Shown piece by piece: positions 56,701-64,000 of a stretch of 64,000 nucleotides of DNA; the first letter of the stretch is position 1, and every line of letters begins with the position of its first letter. Below the pieces are notes generated by a model. It searched no databases. It was not told the DNA's origin and saw nothing but the letters and a program-made list of their open reading frames with translations. The stretch is taken from the NCBI GenBank assembly GCA_015680685.1, contig MNCI01001310.1:650976-714975 (forward strand), read 5' to 3'. A program made the translations under genes and the position numbers. This DNA comes from Gnetum montanum (taxonomy: Eukaryota; Plantae; Gnetophyta).

Positions 56701-59700
56701 GTCGACTGAGGCAGATCTGTATGACAACCACATAATACAGGCAAAGGGTAACCCACAAATTTAATCTGAAGAATGCAAAGGTTCAAATAATTGTGGAAGT
56801 CTGTGAAACCTAAACGAGGCTCTATCCTGAACAAACAGTTTTCTCCATAGACACCCGAATCACCAATTCTGTGCTGGACAGTTAGCTTTCCTGATGCAGA
56901 CATTCAAATTAACAATTGTCTTGGAATGGCTCAAAGAAAGCTATAGTTTCATCCATGGCAGTGGAAGATTTTAGCAGTGGTGGTGGTAGACGTTTAGCCA
57001 CAATCAGGAAGATGAAATGGAAAAGGTGTAATAGAATTTTTTGGGGGGTTGTTCTATGCATAGGGAAAAAGTATACGTGACTTGTGTACTATTTTTTATG
57101 TATTATATGAACTTTAAGGGTTTTATTGACACGGAATTTTTTTAAGGCCAACGAATAATTTTCCAACTCAATTAATAGATTGGGATCTACAGCCTATAAC
57201 TCATGCATAAAGATTAAATCAAAAACTGATCAAACTGCAATAATGTCAATCCACATACATCATCATATTCATATTCCAAATATCAGTAACTCAAGTTCAT
57301 AAATGGCAAACGTCCACTATACACCCAATAGACGTCATAAACACATACTGAACTGTTGCTCTTTCCTCAATCCTCCATTTCTGCCCGTATCATCACCTGT
57401 CTTAACACATTCCACAGACTCTGTGTGTATAGTCATGGCATAATCAGGACATCAAAAATCATATAATAATTTTGCATCACATGAAATCATCCTAAAGCTC
57501 ATAACACTATGAAGCAACTAGCAGGACCCACACCCTGATCCTATTTATGCGTATTCATAACAAGGCATCAACTATACCAAGGGGTCCTACAGTGGGGTGT
57601 TACATCATGCGATGAACACAGTACAAATATTGGAGTAAAAACACAGAGGGCTTTACGTGTTTCAGTCAAGGTGGTGTATTCCACATGAAAGGAAATAGAA
57701 ATATATCCTTTCCTCCTCAAGGGTCAAATCTGTTCTCTAGTATTAGATCAATTATTGATCATCATTATCATTTGCCTAGCCTTATCCTAACTACATGGGG
57801 TCTTCCATATGAGTATTTTTTCATGCCATTTGCTTTTGTGAAGAGCTATATAAACATTAATATCCAAATCTTGGATGTCTTACTTTATACAATCAAACCA
57901 AGTATGTTTTGGTCTACATCTTTATTGGTTCTCCTCAACTTTAGTAATGCAACATGGTCTAACAGTAGCATTCTCTAGTCTTCTTACTACATGATCTATA
58001 AGCAATGGCAGGTGTTTTAAATCAGTAGATTAATCATTATACAAGATTAATGCTGGTTATACAAGGTTGACCAGACCAGGAGTTTCTACAAATGTTGGAT
58101 TATCATTGTCATTAATGGTTGCAATTACCTTAAGAAGAAATTATTATTTTGATAAGTTAAATTATACATTTTTGCTTTGAAAACTCGTACCTGACACATC
58201 ATAATTATAGAGTGACTTTATAGCATTTCCTTATATGTGTTGTTCAATAACACATCAAATATATCTTTTTAGGCCTAATTTTTTTATTCCTGACATTTGT
58301 TAATGTCCATTATATCAAATCTGAAAATCAAAATTTTTTGGAAACATTGGTATGATTCTATTGAAATATTGCAATTTGCAGGGTATTAAATTCAATTTCA
58401 TGCATAGAATTGTTGTGAACTATTTTTTAAAATTTAATATCTTGCATTCGCCATTTGTGATTTCTTGCAGGAGTTAAAAAATGAAGGTTTGATATCATTA
58501 ACTAATGTCTCTGGAGAGGTAAAGTTCTGTAATGTTTCTTTCCAGTATGATAAAACACTTCCCCTAGCACTCAGAAATCTCAGCTGGCATGTCAAATCTG
58601 GAGACACTGTTGCTATTGTTGGTCCTTCTGGCAGTGGGAAGACAACTGTTGCTAAATTATTGCTTCGACTTTATGAACCTACCATGGGTAGGTTTTTCAC
58701 ATGCTTATGTTTTTGGCTAGAATGTCCTACTCTGTTACATGTTTGGTGTATTTTTCACCACTACTTGTTTTAAAGGTGCTTATCTAAATCATACAGTAAA
58801 CGTGATTCCTGATTAAATACGTTTTATTTAAAGTAAATGATATTTAAAAATTCTGTCTTGGTAACGTCGTTTTCAATAGCCATAGTTGTTATATTCTTTA
58901 AATATCTATTATAAAGTGTTAAGAATATATTTTACTTTCGCTAACTAAAAAAATTACATGTTGTTTCTCCTAGGCTGCATATTAATTGACGGTCATGATA
59001 TAAGAAACATAGATTTGAAGAGCTTGAGGAAACACATAACACTAGTTCCCCAAGATGTTGTAAGTTATCTTCCTTGTTATCCATGTGCTCAGATGCTCTG
59101 ACTTGATATTTGTGTGATTGTATGAAGAATCTTGTAAGAAATGTTCTGAATAAAAACTCATTAAATCCTGTGTTTTCCATATAACGCACTTCATCTTGTT
59201 ACTGTTATACTCGGTGAAATACAGCTGTGAAGCTTATAGATATTCTTCAAATAAGTTCTGGTCATTCTTTGATTGAACTGGGAAAGTCGTGTAATTCTGG
59301 AATACTTTTGTCATCCCTTGCATTTTGTTCAGGCACTCTTTTCAGGGACTGTAGCTGAAAATATTGCATATGGGGTTTTGCCTGACTTAATTGATATGAA
59401 AAGGGTTGAAAATGCTGCAAAGTTAGTTAATGCTGACTCATTCATTCAAATGCTTCCTCACGGATACTGGACAGAAATAGGACAACGTGGTTCAACCTTG
59501 AGTGGGGGCCAACGCCAAAGGCAATTTTATTTCTCTTTATTTCTTTGGTTGCCATGGTTTCTTGACATGTACATGTTAAAATCGTTGGAAGATAGTTGCT
59601 AAGGTAAATTATAGGAAATCTGACATGTTTCTTCTGTTCATGATGCAGAGTAGCTATAGCAAGAGCATTATATAAGGATGCGTCCATATTAGTATTGGAT

Positions 59701-59778
59701 GAGGCAACCTCTTCCCTTGATAATTCTTCCGAGTCACTTGTACGAGAGGCTTTGGAACAGCTTACGGCTAACCGCACT
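2665..59778 (+). CDS. ABCB29: ABC transporter B family member 29-like (chloroplastic half-transporter), partial multi-exon gene with 9 exons in the window
   Basis: Exons 2665-2784, 19147-19233, 19350-19457, 37575-37844, 40434-40517, 58471-58687, 58974-59059, 59333-59520 and 59649-59778 join in frame. The peptides [21 protein letters not shown] and [22 protein letters not shown], plus Walker [10 protein letters not shown], signature LSGGQRQR and Walker [13 protein letters not shown], follow the order I recall for Arabidopsis ABCB29/ATH12. Confidence 0.9.
3360..4560 (-). mobile_element. Highly degenerate Ty1/copia-like fragment
   Basis: Minus strand near 3415-3490 resembles the copia integrase motif TPQQNGxAER...ESGLxK. 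The rest is barely recognisable. Confidence 0.4.
4690..11599 (-). mobile_element. L1-clade LINE copy A, 5'-truncated (end of ORF1 plus ORF2), interrupted by a 2.3-kb insertion
   Basis: EN start [12 protein letters not shown]...CLQETK at 11460. RT motifs [26 protein letters not shown] and YYADN, then zf-RVT. T-rich tail at about 4690. 18-bp TSD GGAAT(G/A)CTTGTGATTGTT at 4672-4689 and 11600-11617 (one mismatch). Confidence 0.9.
8416..10715. mobile_element. Solo-LTR-like insertion nested in LINE copy A
   Basis: AT-rich non-coding block splitting ORF2 between EN and RT. Termini TAATACCC...GTTCATTACA. Flanked by AATAG/AATGG, a probable 5-bp TSD with one mismatch. Confidence 0.6.
11730..11862 (+). 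mobile_element. RTE-clade LINE 3' end fragment with (GAT)n tail
   Basis: ...CATGTAGCCAACCCCA...TGGGACAAGGCTAAGATGATGATGATGA. Related ends occur at about 25232-25320(-), 35905(-), 49113-49195(+), 57755-57990(-) and 61863-61915(-). Confidence 0.7.
13704..15580 (+). repeat. LTR-like repeat copy 1 (starts TGTAGTGCCCCACA), homologous in inverted orientation to about 21880-24014
   Basis: Same terminus, and matching conceptual translations [15 protein letters not shown] / [15 protein letters not shown] and [19 protein letters not shown] on opposite strands. Confidence 0.8.
14144..14390. repeat. Degenerate tandem array, about 6 units of about 40-43 bp (CACTCCCATGTGAC...TTGAGTGTTGTCAC...AC)
   Basis: The units abut directly and have no unique spacers. 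Confidence 0.8.
19147..19233 (+). CDS. ABCB29: ABCB29 exon: [29 protein letters not shown]
   Basis: AAGCAG| acceptor and |GTGAGA donor. 87 nt, phase 0/0. Matches the TVVPSAIQ...SPALT segment of ABCB29. Confidence 0.88.
19350..19457 (+). CDS. ABCB29: ABCB29 exon: [36 protein letters not shown]
   Basis: TAACAG| acceptor and |GTAATT donor. 108 nt, phase 0/0. Conserved LG.+LR+.S and LS.YLNE. Confidence 0.9.
19943..24014 (-). mobile_element. About 4.1-kb solo-LTR-like element (copy 2 of the 13704 repeat family)
   Basis: Termini TGTAACAACCC...GGGGCATTACA (imperfect inverted TG...CA ends). Non-coding. No TSD found, so the left boundary is uncertain. Confidence 0.55.
25653..31642 (-). mobile_element. 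Near-full-length L1-clade LINE copy B (ORF1 DUF4283/zinc-knuckle-like; ORF2 EN-RT-zf-RVT plus extra domain), pseudogenised
   Basis: Perfect 16-bp TSD TAATTCATCAACTTTC at 25637-25652 and 31643-31658. Poly(A) remnant at 25653-25658. ORF1-like LAKF...LIRQW...GGPW. ORF2 starts at 30195 (MKILSxNCKGQG...CLQETK), then [23 protein letters not shown] and HFVDD. Confidence 0.93.
32230..34640 (-). mobile_element. Degenerate RTE-clade LINE (RT about 32230-33520; EN about 34095-34530), with an N-delimited foreign block in between
   Basis: [25 protein letters not shown] (FADD equivalent), [11 protein letters not shown] and [10 protein letters not shown] motifs [10 protein letters not shown] and SIYAPHV. 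Confidence 0.8.
33522..34093 (-). mobile_element. Fragment of a Tat/Ogre-type Ty3/gypsy 5'LTR-PBS junction, bounded by N bases
   Basis: Minus strand reads ...GCATCAACA n TTTTTGGCGCTAGAAGGAGGG, a TGGCGCTAGAAGGAGGG PBS typical of Tat/Ogre elements. Confidence 0.55.
34650..35800 (-). mobile_element. Second degenerate RTE LINE fragment
   Basis: [28 protein letters not shown] and IGETNELYS remnants. Confidence 0.7.
35905..36780 (-). mobile_element. Third RTE LINE, 3' portion with (GAT)n tail
   Basis: CATCATCATGATCATCCTAGCCTTATCCC end. RT remnants VCALWMKL (FADD region), KYLGITY and GWVKW. Confidence 0.7.
37575..37844 (+). CDS. ABCB29: ABCB29 exon: [14 protein letters not shown]...[14 protein letters not shown]
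   Basis: TTCAG| acceptor and |GTGTGT donor. 270 nt open frame with hydrophobic TM helices. Confidence 0.9.
37904..38177 (-). mobile_element. Short 5'-truncated L1 insertion consisting of the J-domain-like 3' end plus poly(A)
   Basis: Poly-T at 37904-37915 on the + strand. Minus strand reads [45 protein letters not shown], homologous to 55479-55620. CpG-rich. Confidence 0.85.
39016..39515 (-). mobile_element. 5'-truncated LINE 3'-end fragment from a different subfamily
   Basis: Poly-T plus a GGAAAATG...TAATGTACAA terminal motif like copies A and B. GC-rich body with no recognised domain. Confidence 0.6.
40434..40517 (+). CDS. ABCB29: ABCB29 exon: [28 protein letters not shown]
   Basis: TATAG| acceptor and |GTAATT donor. 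84 nt. Near-identical to the ABCB29 motif [20 protein letters not shown]. Confidence 0.92.
41067..41647 (-). repeat. 3' LTR of the gypsy-like element
   Basis: Direct repeat of 47102-47682, adjacent to the PPT. Confidence 0.92.
43965..44130. repeat. Degenerate tandem repeat (about 4 x 44 bp) inside the gypsy element
   Basis: Recurring ...CCCAAGTCATGA(A/G)A...CACCATAGTCC...AAGCACCA units. Confidence 0.65.
47102..47682 (-). repeat. 5' LTR of the gypsy-like element
   Basis: Direct repeat of 41067-41647, adjacent to the PBS. Confidence 0.92.
48300..48900 (-). mobile_element. Possible degenerate LINE ORF1 5' fragment
   Basis: GC-rich island with weak resemblance to the ORF1 start of copy B. No clean motif. 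Confidence 0.3.
49265..50720 (-). mobile_element. Degenerate copia-like fragment with LTR- and PPT-like end
   Basis: TGTTG-start LTR-like block, PPT-like TTCTCCCACT at about 49706, and a weak KCxFVGY-like remnant near 50100-50125. Confidence 0.4.
52214..55862 (+). mobile_element. L1-clade LINE copy C (5'-truncated ORF2: RT, zf-RVT, extra domain, coiled coil, J-domain-like)
   Basis: [39 protein letters not shown] and zf-RVT. 54765-55730 is one frame broken only by three C>T/G>A-type stops. Confidence 0.9.
55473..55670 (+). other. J-domain (DnaJ)-like segment at the C-terminus of LINE copy C ORF2
   Basis: [33 protein letters not shown]...[21 protein letters not shown] aligns by eye to the J-domain consensus. 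The homologous copy at 38090-38098 has HPD. Confidence 0.7.
58471..58687 (+). CDS. ABCB29: ABCB29 exon, start of the NBD with Walker A (GPSGSGKTT)
   Basis: TTGCAG| acceptor and G|GTAGG donor (phase 1). Confidence 0.93.
58974..59059 (+). CDS. ABCB29: ABCB29 exon: (G)[28 protein letters not shown] (Q-loop)
   Basis: CCTAG| acceptor and |GTAAG donor. Phase 1 in, phase 0 out. Confidence 0.93.
59333..59520 (+). CDS. ABCB29: ABCB29 exon: [14 protein letters not shown]...LSGGQRQ(R) (ABC signature)
   Basis: TTCAG| acceptor. Ends AAG|GCAATT, a GC donor that is needed to keep frame with the next exon. Confidence 0.9.
59649..59778 (+). CDS. ABCB29: ABCB29 exon: (R)[43 protein letters not shown] (Walker B/D-loop)
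   Basis: TGCAG| acceptor and |GTAAGT donor. The next expected exon (H-loop, IAHRL) was not found in the window. Confidence 0.93.
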
Positions 59779-59924
59779 GTAAGTTGAAATACATGGTTTA
59801 AATTTTAATTCGAAGATTTACTGCTTAGGAGGATGGTATCATTATGTTATGTAAAATGATTTTCTATATTTACTATTAAATTTTGTTGGCAATGCTCTGT
59901 CCTTTGGAGTAAAGGATTATTACT

Positions 59925-60075
59925 CAGAAGCTTAATGCTCATCTTGCCAAGCTAGAGTCCTGGGAGGGTGGTAGATGTGCCAAAGCCTAACCTCTTCCAA
60001 GTGGCTGCACCTAGGCTCAAACCCATGTCTTATGACTTGAGAAACAAACACTTGACCATCACTCTAAGCACCTTG
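59925..60075 (-). mobile_element. Au-like tRNA-derived SINE
   Basis: Minus strand has an A-box-like head, B-box-like GGTTTGAGCC, then CAGCC...GGTTAGGCT...ACCCTCCCAGGACTCT, the Au-SINE layout. Confidence 0.55.
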
Positions 60076-60628
60076 GTGGGATGAGCACTCCTATCTTTTA
60101 GTGGATTTGAATAAATTTAAGCATTGCAAATAACCTTCTTGTACTACGATATTTTACGTTGCGGTGGGAGTCACAAGCATGATACACAATTACATGTAAA
60201 ATTTGAAAGCAAAACTGAACTATTTTATTATTTTCACATGGTGACCACATGACTCTAGGGTTCAATTTTACAAAATTCAGTTTGAGTCATTTATTTCACA
60301 TAACTGTGTCTCAATTTACTGGGATTGAACCTGTGAGTAGGATGTGAATTGAAAGTCTTAGGAATCATAATGCTAGGAAGAATAAATTTCTAACGTGTCA
60401 TTTTTATTCTAAAAAATAAAATATAGCCAATACTGTCATTTGGCAGTAAGAAGTCATTTTATTTAAATAATAACTATTGACTGTTTGAAATCATGAAATC
60501 TTTTCAGATTTTACTATAGCAGTCATTCAATGTTGACATGATTTCATTTCAAGCTTCTTATAGTTTCCCGGTAGGAATGCCACTTAGGGCAAATACTCAT
60601 TTATAAATGCTGTATGACGCATTTCAAA

Positions 60629-61480
60629 TTTTTTTTGAGGAATGTATGGGTTGTATATTCATTATAACAAGATGGGGGTATCTGGATACCTGAACAAAAT
60701 GTCAACCCACCAAAACAACTTGCCCCAACCCACCACATCAAGCAAAGAAAAGAAAAACCTTATATGCAAGTAGGGAGTCGAGTGCATGCACAATAGGTCC
60801 TCTCTTGAGCATATACCGCATCCAGCACTGCTCTATGTCTTTCGGAGTCAACAAAATTTGTAGCCTCTTGGAAACTCTTGAAGACCTGCTCCTTCCTCCG
60901 ACAGGCCTTCGGGGTGCCTTTGTTGTCCAAATGCAAATCCTTGCCTATGTGCTTGATGTGGCGACAAAGAGCAGGCCAAGAGGTGTTCCGCTTGATGTCT
61001 ATGATTACATATGGGCACCGTCCCTCCTACAACCAAGCTCTAGCACTCTATTCATGTGCCATGTCCAATTGTTGTTGGACTAAGGCCTTCTCCTCTTCTT
61101 CTTTGGCCCTTCCTCTTCTTCTTTGGCCCTTTGCTCTTGCTCTTGCCTAGCCTTCTCCCTTGCCTCTTGCATGCCTCTTGCATGCACGCCTCCTCTTGGA
61201 GTTGCGTGTGCAAGGTCTTCCTAAGCTCCACCTCAAGGGCCTCCTGAGCTGCTGCCTTTGCTAGATCTCTCCTCCACCGCTTGGCCAGTGCTTCTTCCTA
61301 GAAGCGACCTTCAGCCTCCTCTAGCCATCGCCTGAAATCTTCTATACGAGTGGTCCAGTGTGACTGCCAAGCAGCTCGCTCCTCATCTCATGCATGACTA
61401 GCCGCTGCCTCCACTGCCTTAGCCAGGACATCGTCTAGGCTGGACTACCCCATATCCTCCGCACCCCCACCCTCTCCTCC
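60629..61480 (-). mobile_element. 5'-truncated L1 3' fragment (coiled coil plus J-domain-like)
   Basis: Poly-T at about 60629-60636. Minus strand 61017-60820 reads CPYVIIDIKRNTSWPALCRHIKHIGKDLHLDNKGTPKACRRKEQVFKSFQEATNFVDSERHRAVLD, preceded by an E/R/A-rich coiled coil. Confidence 0.85.
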
Positions 61481-62665
61481 AAATAATAAAATTTACAGAT
61501 TTATTTTTTCCAATAAATTTTGGCAATTTACTCATTCAAACAAGGCTTCCATATTTCAGATATGAACATGTTAGTTCTTCAGGTAAATATTTAGAATACC
61601 CAAATATGTTTTGAAAATTTAGACTTTAGTTGAGTAAATGACTCAAGGATTGATTGGATGGTTTAGAAGCTCTATATAATGGCCAGAAGAATATAGTTAA
61701 TTTAAAGTGGGTTTAAGTCTATAACAATATATTTGATGTGACACGAAAATAGTTATAATCAGAAGACTATACAAATTGGAATATTCCATGGGAATGCATT
61801 GAAGTTCAACTTTAAATATTGTAGTATTTGGATATGAAACTAGTGAGAAAGCTAGTATGAAGGATCATCATCATCCTCCTCCTTCTCCTTCTCCTCCTTC
61901 TAACCTTATCCCAACGTTTAAAATGGTTTTAAAACGTTTAGACTAGTGAGAAAATGGTTTTAAAACGTTTAAAATGATATGTGTAAGTATAAATTAGAAT
62001 TAAGAAAATATATTTTGGATTGAAATTTAATGAAATAACAAAGTTTAGATTTGAGAAAATTGGATCATAAAATAAAAGTTCATAACCTAATAATCAATTC
62101 AGATTGACATTATAGGAAAATAATAAATTACTTTAACATTCCAACATAGAATCACACCAAACTTTAAACAACATAACACACTCAATCTAAATAAAAACTA
62201 CTAAACTTAGACTTTAGGTCAAAATCAAGCTTATGATTTCTCCTGCCGGGTGCACAATTTCTTGGACGAATTTGCTTGCCTGTACCTCTATGAGATACAC
62301 TTCTTCTAGCAAGTCTTCCCACTAGGACTTATGCTCCTCTGTGAAAAAATGCTTGGTTAAGGTATAACCAAACATTATCCTCCTCAATCTAGAGAAACTT
62401 CTATTAGTCAAAAAAAAAAAAAAAAAAAAAGGTTGAGAAAGAGGTAGGGTAGGAAAAGGCTTAGTTTCAGATGTGGAAAAAGAAACAGGCAGTTTTGGAT
62501 TACTTGCATTCTCAGATTTCATATACGTTTTAGAAAATAAACCAGAATGAGAGGAGAGCTGAGAATGGCTAGAACTCTATGAGATTTACTTGTTGACTTT
62601 GGTTTCTGAATTATTTTCTAAAACTTTTCTAAAATCTGAAAATGTAAGCAATTCAGAACTACTTG

Positions 62666-64000
62666 TGATGAGCGGTGGAGTAATCCAACACCCAACCATA
62701 CAAGATACGAGCAATCATGTGTAGCCTGATTGTAATCCGTGGACAAGGCAATGTGAATATGCTAGTAATTAGTTCAAGTTCGGAATCGTTGTCTTCCCAC
62801 GTGGAGCTAGTATAATTTATGCATATGGTTTAGCTTTTAGTGAGGTGTATAATAAGTGATGTTGTGTTGGCCATAGCTCCTCGCTACAATGGTAAAGTGT
62901 GAAAATAGTGCTAAGTCTAAGGAAAACAATAAAACAATCTACTCTAGCCTAGAGCGATGAGTATCCATTCTTGGCTTGCCATACATGCCTTGGGCTCATG
63001 TAACTGTTACTGGGATTACCAAGTGAGTTCATTATTGAGCGAATCAAGTGAAAGGACTATTGGGTTACCAAACGATTACACTTAATGCTTGAAACCAGTC
63101 ATCTTCATTCTACTTTACTATGAACAAGGAAAGTAAAGTACTTAGAAATGTAATTGATTAAACTAGGAAAATAGTAAGAGTTATTCTAAGAAAAACAATA
63201 AAGATAAGTGGATGTTGCAATGATGGAAAGCAATTTTGATCTTTATTTTCGTCATGAACTGTGCCCAAGTACATTTCACTCAAATAAAGACTTTGGACAA
63301 CTCCTCAACATCACATTGTGGGCATTCACTCTATCGCTAAGCTACGAAAGCAAACTATAAGAGTCTACCTAAGGATGAAATGAAAAGTTGTTTTACTGTG
63401 CACCTAAGTGTCTTATTTATAAGCATGCACGTGTGAAGTGATATCGAATATCTGACATCGAAGCTAGTGACTAATATTGAGGATTTGATATTGTGGCTTC
63501 GATATCGGATGCCGAATATCGTAGCCATTGAAAATCATGATTTATCATACCCCCACAACTAACTGAAAACTTGTCCTCGAGTTAAAACAAAATGAGGATA
63601 GAGTTCCTTACAAAATTGGGAGGTAGATTTACGTGACACTAACTACTATATACATGACTCTTGAATGCTGCAGTCGTGTTTTACAAAAAATTTACATAGG
63701 ACGTGACATGACAATTTTGACAAAAAATAAAATTTGGTGAAGCTCAATGTAGTCTAGGTAGTTCCTGGTGGCAGTGGCTCCTCCATTAGTTACTTCCCCT
63801 TGTCGTCAAGCTTCTGGAACTTGTATTGATTCAGGAGCGCCTGAAGCTTTTCCTCCTTTGTTCTTGGGTCATGTATCATCCATGCTTGTTGTGCAATGTG
63901 TGATGGAGTGGGTACATCCCATGGGCATGACAGCTATATAAACATTTGATTAGCCTTAACATACCAGGCTGCAAATTGCCTCTTCTCTTCTTCAAATGCT
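62666..64000 (-). mobile_element. Athila-like gypsy element: 3' LTR (62666-63547), PPT (63548-63560) and the start of the internal region running off the window
   Basis: TGATG...TATCA termini, followed by TACCCCCACAACT (purine-rich PPT on the minus strand) and CTTGTCCTCGAG, which is common in Athila 3' regions. Confidence 0.6.

Larger units (their letters stand above)
50724..57604. mobile_element. LTR-like compound block (TGTAACACC...GGTGTTACA) hosting LINE copy C
   Basis: 9-bp inverted termini at 50724 and 57604. No TSD, so it may be several LTR fragments. Confidence 0.4.

Noticed and set aside
59779-64000. Final ABCB29 exon (H-loop, IAHRL)
   Set aside because: No matching segment was found by eye. 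It is probably beyond the window, past the Athila-like insertion.

Overview
Eukaryotic (land-plant) genomic DNA. The window lies inside one + strand gene, a chloroplast-type half-size ABC transporter that matches ABCB29/ATH12 from my memory of the Arabidopsis protein. Nine coding exons (about 1.3 kb in total) splice into one open frame between about 2665 and 59778. The N-terminal and final exons were not found and are probably outside the window. Three introns of 16-18 kb are packed with nested retroelements: L1-clade LINEs (two with clear target-site duplications), RTE LINEs, an Au-like SINE, degenerate copia pieces, a complete but decayed Ty3/gypsy element with paired 581-bp LTRs and a CAATT TSD, solo-LTR-like repeats and an Athila-like 3' LTR. 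The most unusual signal is in the L1 family. After EN-RT-zf-RVT, where RNase H often sits, its ORF2 carries a 'plant transposon protein'-like domain and a coiled coil. In one subfamily (three copies here) this is followed by a C-terminal DnaJ/J-domain-like module, with an intact HPD in the CpG-rich copy. That would be a LINE that may carry its own Hsp70 co-chaperone domain. All translations and alignments were done by eye; no database searches were run.
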